DNA of 64,000 nucleotides from Armatimonadota bacterium. Its GTDB lineage: Bacteria; Armatimonadota; Fimbriimonadia; Fimbriimonadales; GBS-DC. Location of the stretch: positions 174,183 through 238,182 of the forward strand of contig JABWCR010000001.1 in NCBI GenBank assembly GCA_013359125.1, written 5' to 3'. The notes under the pieces are model-generated. The model was not told where the DNA came from. It made no database searches and was given only the letters and a program-made list of their open reading frames with translations. The translations under genes were made by a program, and so were the position numbers. Shown here piece by piece: positions 9,726 to 18,836 of the stretch (position 1 is its first letter; each line of letters opens with the position of its first letter).

Positions 9726-10824
9726 CCGTATCGATAACGACGGTTGCGTCTCCCGTCGCTCGCGCCGTTGCCAATCGAGCGCGGTCGCGATAGATCAGGA
9801 GCGCTTTTTTCATCGTGTTGGCAAAGAGTTCTCGGCTGAGCGCCATAGACTTGACCGGGTCGGTGCGATAGGTGAACTGGTCCTCGCCGAACCAGCCGTC
9901 GTAGCCCGTGTCGATGGCCGCGTAGCAGAACTCGGCCAGTCGCCACAGGTCGTCTGTGCCGGTAATGCGATCCTCGTCGTTCGAGTTGTACTTGGCCGCA
10001 TTGATGTGAAAGTTGTTGATAGGCACTCCGATGCGTCTTAGCAGGTAGAGGCTGTCTGCAGGAGTGTTGCCGACCATCTGTTCATGGCCATAGTCAATCA
10101 CAACGCCCATCGCGTTTGCGCCAAGCCCTTGGTTGACCAGATGCGCCGCCCAGGCCGCTTTGGCAGTCGTGTTCAGGATCATATTGCCCTCGCGCGGCTC
10201 CTTTTGCTTGGCTTCGACGCTGAACTTGAGGCCCTTTTCGCTCGCAGCCTTAGCGATTTGGGAGCAACCTTCCAAAAACCAGTCGAACTGCCTGCCGTAA
10301 TCGACCTCGAAACAGTAGTCCCAGCCGTCCGATCCGGGCCACAGTTGCACCATCGGGCATCCCATTCGCTCGGCGAGGCCAACGACCTCTAGACAATATT
10401 GGATTGCTTCATAGCGTCGCGTGGGATCGGGATGGGTGATGCCCCCAACGCGCCACTTTGCATGAGTCCAGACATTGATGTTCATGTTGGTGGCGATCAC
10501 GTTTTGGGTTTCAAGAACGTGTTTGGCCGCTTCTTCCAGCTCTCTATCGAACGTCAAATCTTTGCGTCGAAAGAGCGTGTCGCTCAGTTCGATGCCCTCG
10601 ACGCCCGCTTCAGAAACGCGACGGATGTCGTGCAGAACCCCGTGCTGGAACTCAGGATCCTCGGTATAGGATTTGCAGAACCGGTCGGAGAAATCGCCCG
10701 CGCACCAATGGCCGGCAGAGAATCGAATGTCGAAGGTCTTCAAGAGTTCGGTTACCCGGTCGCCTTCTAGGTAGCCGGAAAAGTCGGTCTCCAATCGTGC
10801 CAGGTTGCTTTCAGTCGTCTGCAT
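9700..10824 (-). CDS. Divergent xylose-isomerase-like TIM-barrel sugar isomerase
   Basis: 374-aa ORF; segments parallel class-I XylA (VEAKQKEPREGNMILNT, IDYGHEQM, FHINAAKYNSNDEDRITG). Substrate cannot be assigned from sequence. Confidence 0.6.
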   Translation of the reverse strand: MQTTESNLARLETDFSGYLEGDRVTELLKTFDIRFSAGHWCAGDFSDRFCKSYTEDPEFQHGVLHDIRRVSEAGVEGIELSDTLFRRKDLTFDRELEEAAKHVLETQNVIATNMNINVWTHAKWRVGGITHPDPTRRYEAIQYCLEVVGLAERMGCPMVQLWPGSDGWDYCFEVDYGRQFDWFLEGCSQIAKAASEKGLKFSVEAKQKEPREGNMILNTTAKAAWAAHLVNQGLGANAMGVVIDYGHEQMVGNTPADSLYLLRRIGVPINNFHINAAKYNSNDEDRITGTDDLWRLAEFCYAAIDTGYDGWFGEDQFTYRTDPVKSMALSRELFANTMKKALLIYRDRARLATARATGDATVVIDTVKRPLMNG

Positions 10825-11419
10825 CGGTCGCCTCCTTGTTCAGCAGCCTTTCAGCATACCGCGCCAGCACGTCGGCTTCAAAGTTCAGGGTGTCGCCTTG
10901 TCTGCGGTCGCTTAGATTGGTAACGTCCCAAGTAGTCGGCACGACCCAAACCGAAAAATTTGCCTCACAGACCTCTGCGACGGTCAGACTGATGCCGTCC
11001 AATGCGACCGATCCTTTTCTCGCGACATATTTGGCAAGGCTTGGGTCTTGCAGGCGCATTTTCAATTCGCGCCCGTTTCCGTGTTCATCGATAGCGATCA
11101 GCTCAGCTAAGCCATCGACGTGCCCCATGACGAAGTGGCCGCCGAGTCGCGAGGTCGGGGTAAGGGATCGCTCAAGGTTGACCCGAGCGCCGATGTCGAT
11201 CGTGCCGAGGTTGGTCAAGCGCAAGGTCTCATGAACGGCGTCGAAAACAAGCGTTTCCGAGTTACAGGCCACAACCGTCAGACAGACGCCGTTCACGCAG
11301 ACGCTGTCCCCTTTGTCGCACGGATAATCGGGGGCCGCGATTGCCAGCCGAGCCCCGCCGCCTTCGTTTGCAGCTCTCTCGATGAGCCTGCCCGTTCTTT
11401 CAACAATTCCGGTGAACAT
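10811..11419 (-). CDS. ribE: Riboflavin synthase alpha chain
   Basis: 202-aa ORF starting MFTGIVERTG; two lumazine-binding repeats (GDSVCVNGVCLTV, GSVALDGISLTV). Confidence 0.9.
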   Translation of the reverse strand: MFTGIVERTGRLIERAANEGGGARLAIAAPDYPCDKGDSVCVNGVCLTVVACNSETLVFDAVHETLRLTNLGTIDIGARVNLERSLTPTSRLGGHFVMGHVDGLAELIAIDEHGNGRELKMRLQDPSLAKYVARKGSVALDGISLTVAEVCEANFSVWVVPTTWDVTNLSDRRQGDTLNFEADVLARYAERLLNKEATDADD

Positions 11420-11428
11420 TCGGAAAAT

Positions 11429-11434
11429 ATTCTG
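11429..11434 (-). promoter_or_regulatory. CAGAAT -10-like hexamer 9 nt upstream of ribE ATG (leaderless candidate)
   Basis: Minus strand reads TCAGAAT-N9-ATG, the same geometry as greA (41427..41445). Confidence 0.3.
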
Positions 11435-11442
11435 ACATACCG

Positions 11443-11451
11443 TGCTATAAT
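11443..11451 (+). promoter_or_regulatory. Extended -10 TGCTATAAT for the 11515 secreted-protein gene
   Basis: TGnTATAAT consensus about 64 nt upstream of ATG 11515, which has a GGAGGG Shine-Dalgarno; no convincing -35. Confidence 0.4.
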
Positions 11452-11514
11452 CTGAGTTAGGTCGGCATTAACAGATTCGGCATCAAAATCTATCGCTCAG
11501 GAGGGCGAACAATC

Positions 11515-13113
11515 ATGCGGTGGCATAAAAGTTTCATCGCTTCGATGCTGTTGTCGGCCGCGGTCTGCGCGGCCATCGCCCAGCCGTTCATCAACGGGAC
11601 AGGCTTCGAGCCTCCCGCCTACCTTGGAACGCAGTCGGGACAGATTTTGACCAACCAGGATGGTTGGTTTTTGCCCGCTGGCAGCATGGACTTCTCCGTC
11701 TATCGTTACGCTGGAAATGGGCTCAGCCTGGCTAACAACCCGCAAGGTCAGCTTCAGTTTATCGCAGCGCAGAACCAGGGCAACGGCCTTTTTCCCAGGG
11801 CGCAACGCTTCTTCAACTTCTCCCAAGGCGACGTGTGGACCCTTTCGTTCCATACCGCAGCGCACTACCTAGGGCCGATAGGCTTCAACGCGAACAACCT
11901 TTCCAGTTTTTCGTTACAGCCATTGCCAAATCCAGCAAGTCCAACGACCAAGGCGTTCATTGGACTGAACGTTTGGGCGGCGCCGAACTCGGACGAGAAC
12001 GCTGGGTGGTATGCGGCCATCTTGGCCTACAACGCGGCCGGGGGCCAATACGACGCGGACCCAGGGACGCCAGAGCTTGATCTCCCTGCGATTGGCCCTT
12101 TAGCGATCAATCGCTGGCACCGCCATTCCTACTCGTTCAGCCTTTCGACGAATCGGTTCCTTCACATGTCGATCACCGACTTAGACACGAGGGCCGTTGT
12201 CGTGATGCGGCCGACCGACATCTATTTAGGCGGCGGAGCGGCCTCGACCTTGCCCAATCCCGACCAGTTCCGTTTCTTTGTAGGCGGCGGCACCGGTACA
12301 TCGCCCGGAAATATCATGGCGTGGGACAACGCGGTCTTTGTTCAAGGCCCGGCCATTCTGCCTGGCGACGATCACCTTCGCACCGTTGCAGGCAGCACTG
12401 CGGACATCCCCGGAATCGGCACAGTCGAGTTCAGGGGGATTCCCGACCTCGTGACGTTCGGCAATGCTGACACGTTAGTGAGGCGTCTAGATGCAGCGTA
12501 CTTGGCAGGGGCCGGCACCGAGGATGTTGTGCCGATCGAGTTTGTCCAGTTGCACCTTCAGAGCGTCAATCCGGTTCCGTTCAACGGCACGCTGTACGAC
12601 GTGTTTGTGAAGTTGGATCCGGATCAGCGATCGTTGGGCACGGCGACGATTCATCAAAACGCTGCCAACGACAACGGAGCCGCGCCGGAGGGCACGATTC
12701 ACGTCGAGTTCCACCTCAACACCGATGTGCTGTTCCGCGCGGTCGATAATCCGAACAACCAGTTCAGCATGAACATCGACAATCAGCGGTTCCATAGCGA
12801 GGTTCCGTCCGATTGGAGCTACGATCCCCATCCGCCCTTTCCCGGCTCGTCTAAGTTTGGTTTGGTCGGCCCGGTCGAAGAGAAGCACTTCGAGATGGAG
12901 TGGTATCACAAGGTCAGGCAGGCTCAATTGACGGGCGCTGGCGATGCGAACGGCAACGGCTGTGTGGACGACACCGATCTGGCTATTGTCCTCGAGGCTT
13001 TTGGCAAGAGTTGTCCGTTAGGCTACCGTTGCATCGGCGATGTAAACCAGAACGGCATCGTGGACGACGTTGACCTGGCTATCGTGCTAGAAACTTTTGG
13101 ACAAGGGTGTTAG
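11515..13113 (+). CDS. Secreted protein of unknown function with C-terminal double dockerin-like (EF-hand) repeat
   Basis: 532-aa ORF; signal peptide (SMLLSAAVCAAIAQ); C-terminus GDANGNGCVDDTDLAIVLEAFG...GDVNQNGIVDDVDLAIVLETFGQGC matches the dockerin type-I Ca-binding loop plus helix pattern. Confidence 0.6.
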   Translation: MRWHKSFIASMLLSAAVCAAIAQPFINGTGFEPPAYLGTQSGQILTNQDGWFLPAGSMDFSVYRYAGNGLSLANNPQGQLQFIAAQNQGNGLFPRAQRFFNFSQGDVWTLSFHTAAHYLGPIGFNANNLSSFSLQPLPNPASPTTKAFIGLNVWAAPNSDENAGWYAAILAYNAAGGQYDADPGTPELDLPAIGPLAINRWHRHSYSFSLSTNRFLHMSITDLDTRAVVVMRPTDIYLGGGAASTLPNPDQFRFFVGGGTGTSPGNIMAWDNAVFVQGPAILPGDDHLRTVAGSTADIPGIGTVEFRGIPDLVTFGNADTLVRRLDAAYLAGAGTEDVVPIEFVQLHLQSVNPVPFNGTLYDVFVKLDPDQRSLGTATIHQNAANDNGAAPEGTIHVEFHLNTDVLFRAVDNPNNQFSMNIDNQRFHSEVPSDWSYDPHPPFPGSSKFGLVGPVEEKHFEMEWYHKVRQAQLTGAGDANGNGCVDDTDLAIVLEAFGKSCPLGYRCIGDVNQNGIVDDVDLAIVLETFGQGC

Positions 13114-13117
13114 TCGG

Positions 13118-13149
13118 GAACTGGCCGGGGATCACTCCCCGGCCAGTTC
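13118..13149. terminator. Hairpin between convergent genes (candidate bidirectional terminator)
   Basis: 13-bp inverted repeat gaactggccgggg / ccccggccagttc with 6-nt loop; overlaps the last codons of alaS. Confidence 0.45.
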
Positions 13150-15786
13150 GCTTAGTATGGGTCCGATTGAGTTTAGGGCAGTCTCAATCTTGCTCGTGTC
13201 GCGGCCGCCAGCTTGAGCAAAGTCGGGTCGCCCGCCTCCTCCTCCGCCCGTCATCTCGGCTAATCTCTTAACGATGTCGCCCGCCTTCAGCCCCTTGGCG
13301 ATCGCGTCCGGTTTGCATTTGACCACCCAGAGCGCCTTGCCGTCCGCGTTCGATACGCCGATCGCGACGCTGGCTCCTTGGTCGGCCAGGGCATCGACCG
13401 CGGCGCCTAGGCTCTTGGAGTCGGCGCCGCCCAACTCAATTTGAGCGACTTGCAGTCCTGCGACGGCGATTGTCGTCGCTTCGCGGCTCTTGCCGACCGT
13501 TTGAGAGGCTCGCAGGCGCTGAACCTCCCGTTGTTCTTCCTTTATCCGATCTTTCAGCCGTTCGATCGCTTTGGGCAGTTCAGCTACTGTAGTCGATGCC
13601 AGATGGCTTGCCTCTTCAAGGGTCGCTTCGCGTTCTGACAGCCAATTCAAGAGCGCTTCGCCGGTCAGCGCTTCGATTCGCCTTACGCCGGACGCCACGC
13701 TGCCTTCGTGCACGATCTTGAAGAGCCCAGCTTGGATGGCGTTGCCAAGATGCGTGCCGCCGCACAGTTCGAGCGAAAAACCCGGAATCTCCACCATCCG
13801 CACCGAATCGCCATACTTCTCCCCAAAAAGCGCCATTGCGCCGCGCTCTCGGGCTTCGGAGAGGGGCACGTTCTCGTGGATTATAACGGGGCTTTCGGCC
13901 AATATCTGCTCGTTCACCATTCGCTCGACTTTGGCGATTTCGTCCTTTGTCATCGGCGCGCCGTGGGTAAAGTCGAAGCGCAGGCGGTCTGGCGCGACGA
14001 GCGACCCGGCCTGGCTGACATGCTTTCCCAGGACATTGCGCAGAGCCGCATGAAGCAGATGGGTCGTCGTATGGTGGCGCATGATGCGTCGGCGACGCTC
14101 AAAGTCGATCGCCGCTCGCACAGCTTGGCCTCTGCTTGCTGTGCCTGTAACGATCTCGGCATGATGAAGGTGGAAGCCGTCTCGCTTCTTGGTGTCCAAA
14201 ACTCGAACGATCAGGCCGTTGGTGGAAATCTCGCCCGTGTCTCCCACCTGCCCGCCCGATTCGGCATAAAAGGGCGTCTGGTCTAAGACGATCTCAACCG
14301 TTTGGCCCTGTTGCGCCGAATCAATCAAACTACCGTTCAGAACGATGCCGACGATCGTGGCTTCGGAGACTTTATCGGTATAGCCGACGAAGTGCGTTTC
14401 GCCGTGCGCCTTGGCCAATTCGGCCAACGCTGTGCCCGCATCTACGAAGAGCTGGCTGCTCATACCGCCCGCTTCTCTCGCGCGTTGGCGCTGCGCTTCC
14501 ATAGAAGTCTCAAAGCCTTGTTCATCGACCGTAGCGCCTCTTTCGGCGGCCACTTCGCGGGTCAGTTCCAATGGAAATCCGTAGGTATCGTAGAGCATGA
14601 AGGCCGTTTCGCCCGATAGTTGGCCGCCTTCCTCTACCTCTGCCAGGGCTTCTTCTAACCGAGCCAGTCCGGCGGCGACCGTGTGCAGGAATCGCTCTTC
14701 CTCTGTTTGCAAAGTCGTGGAGATCAGTTCTTTTCGCTGCTCTAGTTCGGGATATTGATCGCCCAACGCCTCAATGACGCCTGGCAACAGATCGGCTAGA
14801 AAGGGCCTCTTTAGGCCTAAAGCCCTTTGCCCGCGCAGCGCTGCGCGGCGAATGATGCGCCGTAGAACATAGCCGCGTCCCTCGTTTTGGGGAAGCACGC
14901 CGTCGGCGATGCAAAAGACCGCTGCTCGCGTATGGTCGGCGATCAGTCGAAAGGCCGCGTCGCTCGCTTCGCTCTGGCCGTATCGATGTCCGGACAGTTG
15001 CTCAGTCAGACGGATAATCGGCATGAAAACGTCGGTCTCAAAGACCGATGGAAAGCCGGAAAGCACACAGGCTGTGCGCTCGACGCCCATGCCGGTATCG
15101 ATGTTTTGTTTAGGCAGCGGCGTTAGGACGGGTTCGCCGTTCTTTTCCGTGCGTTCGTATTGGATAAAGACGAGGTTCCAGATTTCTAACCATCGGCCGC
15201 ATTCGCAGGCAGGACCGCACTGGGGATTGCCGCACTCTTGGCCGGGGGCGGTGTCGTAGAATATCTCAGAACAGGGGCCGCACGGGCCGTTCGGTCCCTC
15301 GCTGATGACGTTGGCCGGCCAATAGTTCGCATCCTCGTCCAGCCGCCAGATGCGCTCTTTTGGGATACCGATCCCGTTGTTCCAAAGGTCGAAAGCCTCG
15401 TCGTCGTCCTTAAAGACGGTGAACTGGAGCCGATTCGGATCGAGCTTTAAGCGCTCGGTAAGGAACTCCCACGCCCAAAAGATTGCTTCGCGCTTGAAGT
15501 AATCGCCAAAGCTAAAATTGCCCAGCATCTCGAAGAAGGTGCAGTGCGAAGCGTCGCCGACCGATTCGATATCCGTCGTTCGAAAACACTTTTGAGCGGT
15601 AGCCGCCCGGGGGTGCGGGGGTTGCGCCGTGCCCAAAAAGTAGGGTTTGAACTGCACCATTCCGGCGCTGGTAAACAGCAAAGAAGGATCCTGCGGAACC
15701 AAGCTGTCCGAGGGCATCAACCGGTGGTCCTTCTCTTGAAAGAACTCAAGAAAGGCCTTGCGCAAAGAGCGGGCGTTCCAGGTCAT
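13132..15786 (-). CDS. alaS: Alanine--tRNA ligase
   Basis: 884-aa ORF; class II AlaRS N-terminal pattern (FLEFFQEKDHRLMPS, FTSAGM, RTTD), editing-domain HxxxH/CxxxH motifs (HTTTHLLH, CGGTH), C-terminal DHHA1-like GGGGGRPDFAQAGG. Confidence 0.97.
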   Translation of the reverse strand: MTWNARSLRKAFLEFFQEKDHRLMPSDSLVPQDPSLLFTSAGMVQFKPYFLGTAQPPHPRAATAQKCFRTTDIESVGDASHCTFFEMLGNFSFGDYFKREAIFWAWEFLTERLKLDPNRLQFTVFKDDDEAFDLWNNGIGIPKERIWRLDEDANYWPANVISEGPNGPCGPCSEIFYDTAPGQECGNPQCGPACECGRWLEIWNLVFIQYERTEKNGEPVLTPLPKQNIDTGMGVERTACVLSGFPSVFETDVFMPIIRLTEQLSGHRYGQSEASDAAFRLIADHTRAAVFCIADGVLPQNEGRGYVLRRIIRRAALRGQRALGLKRPFLADLLPGVIEALGDQYPELEQRKELISTTLQTEEERFLHTVAAGLARLEEALAEVEEGGQLSGETAFMLYDTYGFPLELTREVAAERGATVDEQGFETSMEAQRQRAREAGGMSSQLFVDAGTALAELAKAHGETHFVGYTDKVSEATIVGIVLNGSLIDSAQQGQTVEIVLDQTPFYAESGGQVGDTGEISTNGLIVRVLDTKKRDGFHLHHAEIVTGTASRGQAVRAAIDFERRRRIMRHHTTTHLLHAALRNVLGKHVSQAGSLVAPDRLRFDFTHGAPMTKDEIAKVERMVNEQILAESPVIIHENVPLSEARERGAMALFGEKYGDSVRMVEIPGFSLELCGGTHLGNAIQAGLFKIVHEGSVASGVRRIEALTGEALLNWLSEREATLEEASHLASTTVAELPKAIERLKDRIKEEQREVQRLRASQTVGKSREATTIAVAGLQVAQIELGGADSKSLGAAVDALADQGASVAIGVSNADGKALWVVKCKPDAIAKGLKAGDIVKRLAEMTGGGGGGRPDFAQAGGRDTSKIETALNSIGPILSELAGE

Positions 15787-15797
15787 TTGAGCAGGAG

Positions 15798-15806
15798 AGT
15801 TTACCC
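15798..15806 (-). promoter_or_regulatory. GGGTAAACT box for alaS
   Basis: Minus strand GGGTAAACT followed by 11 nt then ATG 15786; no Shine-Dalgarno in between. Confidence 0.4.
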
Positions 15807-15829
15807 GACGCGCGCCCTTGACATCGATG

Positions 15830-15838
15830 GGGTAGAAT
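15830..15838 (+). promoter_or_regulatory. GGGTAGAAT box for the rpoA operon
   Basis: GGGTAGAAT 53 nt upstream of ATG 15892, which carries a GAGGTGA Shine-Dalgarno. Confidence 0.45.
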
Positions 15839-15891
15839 ATACGTCCTGTGTCTGGCGCGAGCGTCTTGCGCCGTCCAGAGGTGATAATCGG

Positions 15892-16878
15892 ATGATAACA
15901 AACATTGATCGACCCATGGTAACTTGCTTAGCGAGCGAGCCGACCTATGGAAAGTTCGAAGTACTGCCGTTAGAGCGCGGGTATGGCGCCACGCTGGGCA
16001 ATGCCATGCGCCGCGTTCTGCTTTCGTCCATCCCGGGCGCGAGCGTAACGGCCATCAAGATCGAAGGCATTTTGCACGAGTTTGCCCCTATTCCCGGCGT
16101 TAAGGAAGACGTCGTGCGGCTGTTGATGAATCTGAAGAATCTGTCGCTGGTCGTTCATCGGCGCGACGCTTCGGACGATGAGCCGAGAGTTTTGAAGCTG
16201 GACGTTAAGGGCGCCGGACGCGTAACTGCGGCCGATTTGCGCGCTCCAGCCGACGTCGAGATCTGCAACCCGGAACTCTACCTGTGCACGATGAGCGACA
16301 AGAAGGCTAGGCTTTCACTCGAAGTCTATGTCGAGGTTGGTCGCGGCTATGTAACGTCGGATCAGATGGACACTTTTCGCGGTCGCATCGGCGTGATTCA
16401 GGTGAGCGCGCTCTTCTCTCCGGTTCGCCGAGTGAACTACTTTGTCGAATCGACCCGCGTCGGCGAGCGGACCGACTATGACCGTTTGGTGCTCGAGGTT
16501 TGGACCAACGGCGCTGTCAAGCCCGCCGATGCGATCTCGCAGGCTGCCCGACAGCTCCAACAGCAGGTCGCCATCTTTACCGGCTTCGAAGATTATTCGG
16601 CCGAGGCCGCCGTTATGGTGGAACCGCCTGCCGAAGCGCCCGAATCTTTGGTGCCCGACATCAAGATCGACGAGATGAACTTCACTCAGCGGCCCTATAA
16701 TCGCTTGAAAAGCGCGAACATCAACACGCTCCGCGATCTGGTGTTGTGGAGCCCGAGCGAACTGATGAACATTCGCAACTTTGGCGAGGCCGCTCTAAAG
16801 GAAGTGCGGGAGAAGGTCGAGGCTATGGGCTTCAATCTGAAGAACGACAATTCGACGAGCGAGGATGATGAATTATGA
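15892..16878 (+). CDS. rpoA: DNA-directed RNA polymerase subunit alpha
   Basis: Start moved to ATG 15892 (328 aa) with GAGGTGA SD. N-terminal GKFEVLPLERGYGATLGNAMRRVLLSSIPG and C-terminal domain (NRLKSANINTLRDL) are classic RpoA. The 15544 ORF-track start is an antisense-of-alaS extension. Confidence 0.95.
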   Translation: MITNIDRPMVTCLASEPTYGKFEVLPLERGYGATLGNAMRRVLLSSIPGASVTAIKIEGILHEFAPIPGVKEDVVRLLMNLKNLSLVVHRRDASDDEPRVLKLDVKGAGRVTAADLRAPADVEICNPELYLCTMSDKKARLSLEVYVEVGRGYVTSDQMDTFRGRIGVIQVSALFSPVRRVNYFVESTRVGERTDYDRLVLEVWTNGAVKPADAISQAARQLQQQVAIFTGFEDYSAEAAVMVEPPAEAPESLVPDIKIDEMNFTQRPYNRLKSANINTLRDLVLWSPSELMNIRNFGEAALKEVREKVEAMGFNLKNDNSTSEDDEL

Positions 16879-17228
16879 ATCACGGCATTTCTCAGCGAAA
16901 GTTAGGTCGTCCGGGCGATCAGCGCAAAGCGCTGCTGAGGGGCTTGGTGCGTTCGCTCTTCATCCATAGCACGATCGTGACTTCGGTTACTCGCGCAAAG
17001 GAAGCGCGAAAGATCGCCGAGAAGCTGATCACCACCGCCAAGACGGATACGCTACAGGCGCGGCGAGAGGCCAGGAAGTTTCTGGTGGACGAGGATCTGG
17101 TGAAGTTGTTGTTTGACAACATCGTCAAGCGTTACGAAACGCGCAATGGAGGCTATACCCGCATCGTTCGGATAGGGCCTCGGCGCGGAGACGCCGTAGA
17201 ACAAGCGGCGCTGAGCCTGTTAGATTGA
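16875..17228 (+). CDS. rplQ: 50S ribosomal protein L17
   Basis: 117-aa ORF; RKLGRPGDQRKALLRGL and GGYTRI motifs; ATGA overlap with rpoA. Confidence 0.95.
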   Translation: MNHGISQRKLGRPGDQRKALLRGLVRSLFIHSTIVTSVTRAKEARKIAEKLITTAKTDTLQARREARKFLVDEDLVKLLFDNIVKRYETRNGGYTRIVRIGPRRGDAVEQAALSLLD

Positions 17229-17240
17229 CAATTTGTCGCC

Positions 17241-17969
17241 ATGCGCAGGCTGGCGATGGCTGTAGAATACGACGGAACCGATTTTCACGGTTTTGCCGCA
17301 CAGCCTGATCTGCGCACTGTGCAAGGGACATTGACCGATGCGCTCGAGCGGTTGCTCGGTTGCTCGGTCGAGGTAACCGGCGCCGGACGCACGGACGCAG
17401 GAGTGCACGCCAAGGGGCAAGTGGTCGATTTTGCAACCGAGGCGAGCATTCCCGCAAAGCGGGTCGCCCGAGCGATCAATCGGCTACTGCCGGTCGATCT
17501 GCAGGCGATCAAGGCTTGGGAGGTTGCTGAAGATTTCAGCGCGCGCTTCTCGGCCAAGAGCCGGATCTACCGGTATCGCCTCTACACGGGGAGGCGGGCG
17601 TCCGTTTGGAAAGCGCGGTATGCGTGCTGGTTTCCTTACGAGGTGGACGCAGCGATGGCGCAGACGGCGGCAGAGATGTTGGTGGGGGAGAAAGATTTTC
17701 GCGCGTTTTGCGCGGATTGGTCGGAACGAGAGAACTTTGTGCGAGAAATCTATCGCGCAGAGGTTAGACGAAAGGGCTCGTTCATCGATCTGGAGTTGGA
17801 AGGCACGGCCTTTATGAAGGGCATGGTGCGGCTGATCGCAGGCGCAGTCTTTCTGGTAGGGCGAGGGTCGAGATCGCTCGATTGGATGGGCGAGCTGGTG
17901 GCGAATTCGCGGCGAGCCAGCCTCATGATGCCGCCGCAGGGTCTGTGTTTGATGAAGGTGCGGTACTAA
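17241..17969 (+). CDS. truA: tRNA pseudouridine(38-40) synthase
   Basis: 242-aa ORF; YDGTDFHGF and catalytic GAGRTDAGVHA motifs. Confidence 0.9.
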   Translation: MRRLAMAVEYDGTDFHGFAAQPDLRTVQGTLTDALERLLGCSVEVTGAGRTDAGVHAKGQVVDFATEASIPAKRVARAINRLLPVDLQAIKAWEVAEDFSARFSAKSRIYRYRLYTGRRASVWKARYACWFPYEVDAAMAQTAAEMLVGEKDFRAFCADWSERENFVREIYRAEVRRKGSFIDLELEGTAFMKGMVRLIAGAVFLVGRGSRSLDWMGELVANSRRASLMMPPQGLCLMKVRY

Positions 17970-17983
17970 GTTGGAGGAACGAG

Positions 17984-18421
17984 ATGCATCGGACATATGT
18001 GGCTAAACCGGATGAGATAAACAGGACTTGGTGGGTAGTGGACGCGGAGGGCATACCCGCGGGCCGTCTGGCGGTCGATATCGCACGGCTGCTTCAGGGA
18101 AAGCACAAGACCACGTTTACACCCCACATGGACACCGGCGATTGTGTGATCGTGATCAACGCCGACAAACTGGCGCTGACGGGCAACAACAAGCGGGGCG
18201 AGGAACTGTTCCGGCATTCGCAATACCCGGGCGGTCTGAAATCGATCACTCGGGGCGACCTGATGGCAAAGCGGCCCGACAAAATGTTGCAGCGCATTGT
18301 GAGCGGCATGCTGCCCAAGACGCGATTGCGACCGCGCATGATGAAGCGATTTAAGATCTATTCGGGCGACGCCCATCCGCATTCGGCGCAAAACCCGCAA
18401 CCGATCAGTTTCAACAAGTAA
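17984..18421 (+). CDS. rplM: 50S ribosomal protein L13
   Basis: Start at ATG 17984 (145 aa; MHRTYVAKPDEINRTWWVVDA); GRLA...LLQGKHK pattern. Confidence 0.95.
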   Translation: MHRTYVAKPDEINRTWWVVDAEGIPAGRLAVDIARLLQGKHKTTFTPHMDTGDCVIVINADKLALTGNNKRGEELFRHSQYPGGLKSITRGDLMAKRPDKMLQRIVSGMLPKTRLRPRMMKRFKIYSGDAHPHSAQNPQPISFNK

Positions 18422-18434
18422 CGGAGAACAAAGC

Positions 18435-18827
18435 ATGAGTCAAACTTATCCATATGGCACTGGGCGACGAAAGTCGGCCATCGCGCGCGTCTGGATCATG
18501 CCCGGACAGGGCAAGATCACGATAAACGGGCGCGAATCGGCCGAGTATCTGCGGCGAGCGGTGTTAGAAAAGGTCATCGACCAGCCCTTCCGAGTCTTGG
18601 GCGTTGAGGGCCAGTACGACGTGAAGTGCACGGTGAAAGGCGGCGGTACCACCGGTCAGGCCGGCGCCATTCGTTTGGGCATTGCTCGAGCGCTTCAGGT
18701 TTCCAATCCCGACTTCCGCGCTGTGCTGAAGGAGAGCGGGCTGCTGACGCGAGACGCCCGAGAGAAGGAGCGAAAGAAGTACGGTCGCCACGGGGCGCGC
18801 CGTGGCTTCCAGTTTGTAAAGCGGTAA
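18435..18827 (+). CDS. rpsI: 30S ribosomal protein S9
   Basis: 130-aa ORF; GTGRRKSAIARV and C-terminal KKYGRHGARRGFQFVKR. Confidence 0.95.
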   Translation: MSQTYPYGTGRRKSAIARVWIMPGQGKITINGRESAEYLRRAVLEKVIDQPFRVLGVEGQYDVKCTVKGGGTTGQAGAIRLGIARALQVSNPDFRAVLKESGLLTRDAREKERKKYGRHGARRGFQFVKR

Positions 18828-18836
18828 GATTCTTGT

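Noticed and set aside
11420-11514. FMN riboswitch upstream of ribE
   Set aside because: Only 95 nt are available, shared with a divergent promoter. None of the conserved FMN-element segments were seen, and ribE appears leaderless.
15817-15838. TTGACA (15817..15822) as the -35 for the rpoA promoter
   Set aside because: It is only 10 nt upstream of the TAGAAT hexamer, far from the 16-18 nt spacing required. It is probably coincidental.
15544-15891. 116-aa N-terminal extension of rpoA in the ORF track, and similar extensions of alr (35378), rplM (17882), MFS (60098), dppB (3653), ilvE (45245), flgE (38095), flgD (37641) and greA (41386)
   Set aside because: The extensions run through neighbouring genes or promoters and have non-protein-like sequence. 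Internal ATGs with SDs or -10 boxes give N-termini that match the respective families.
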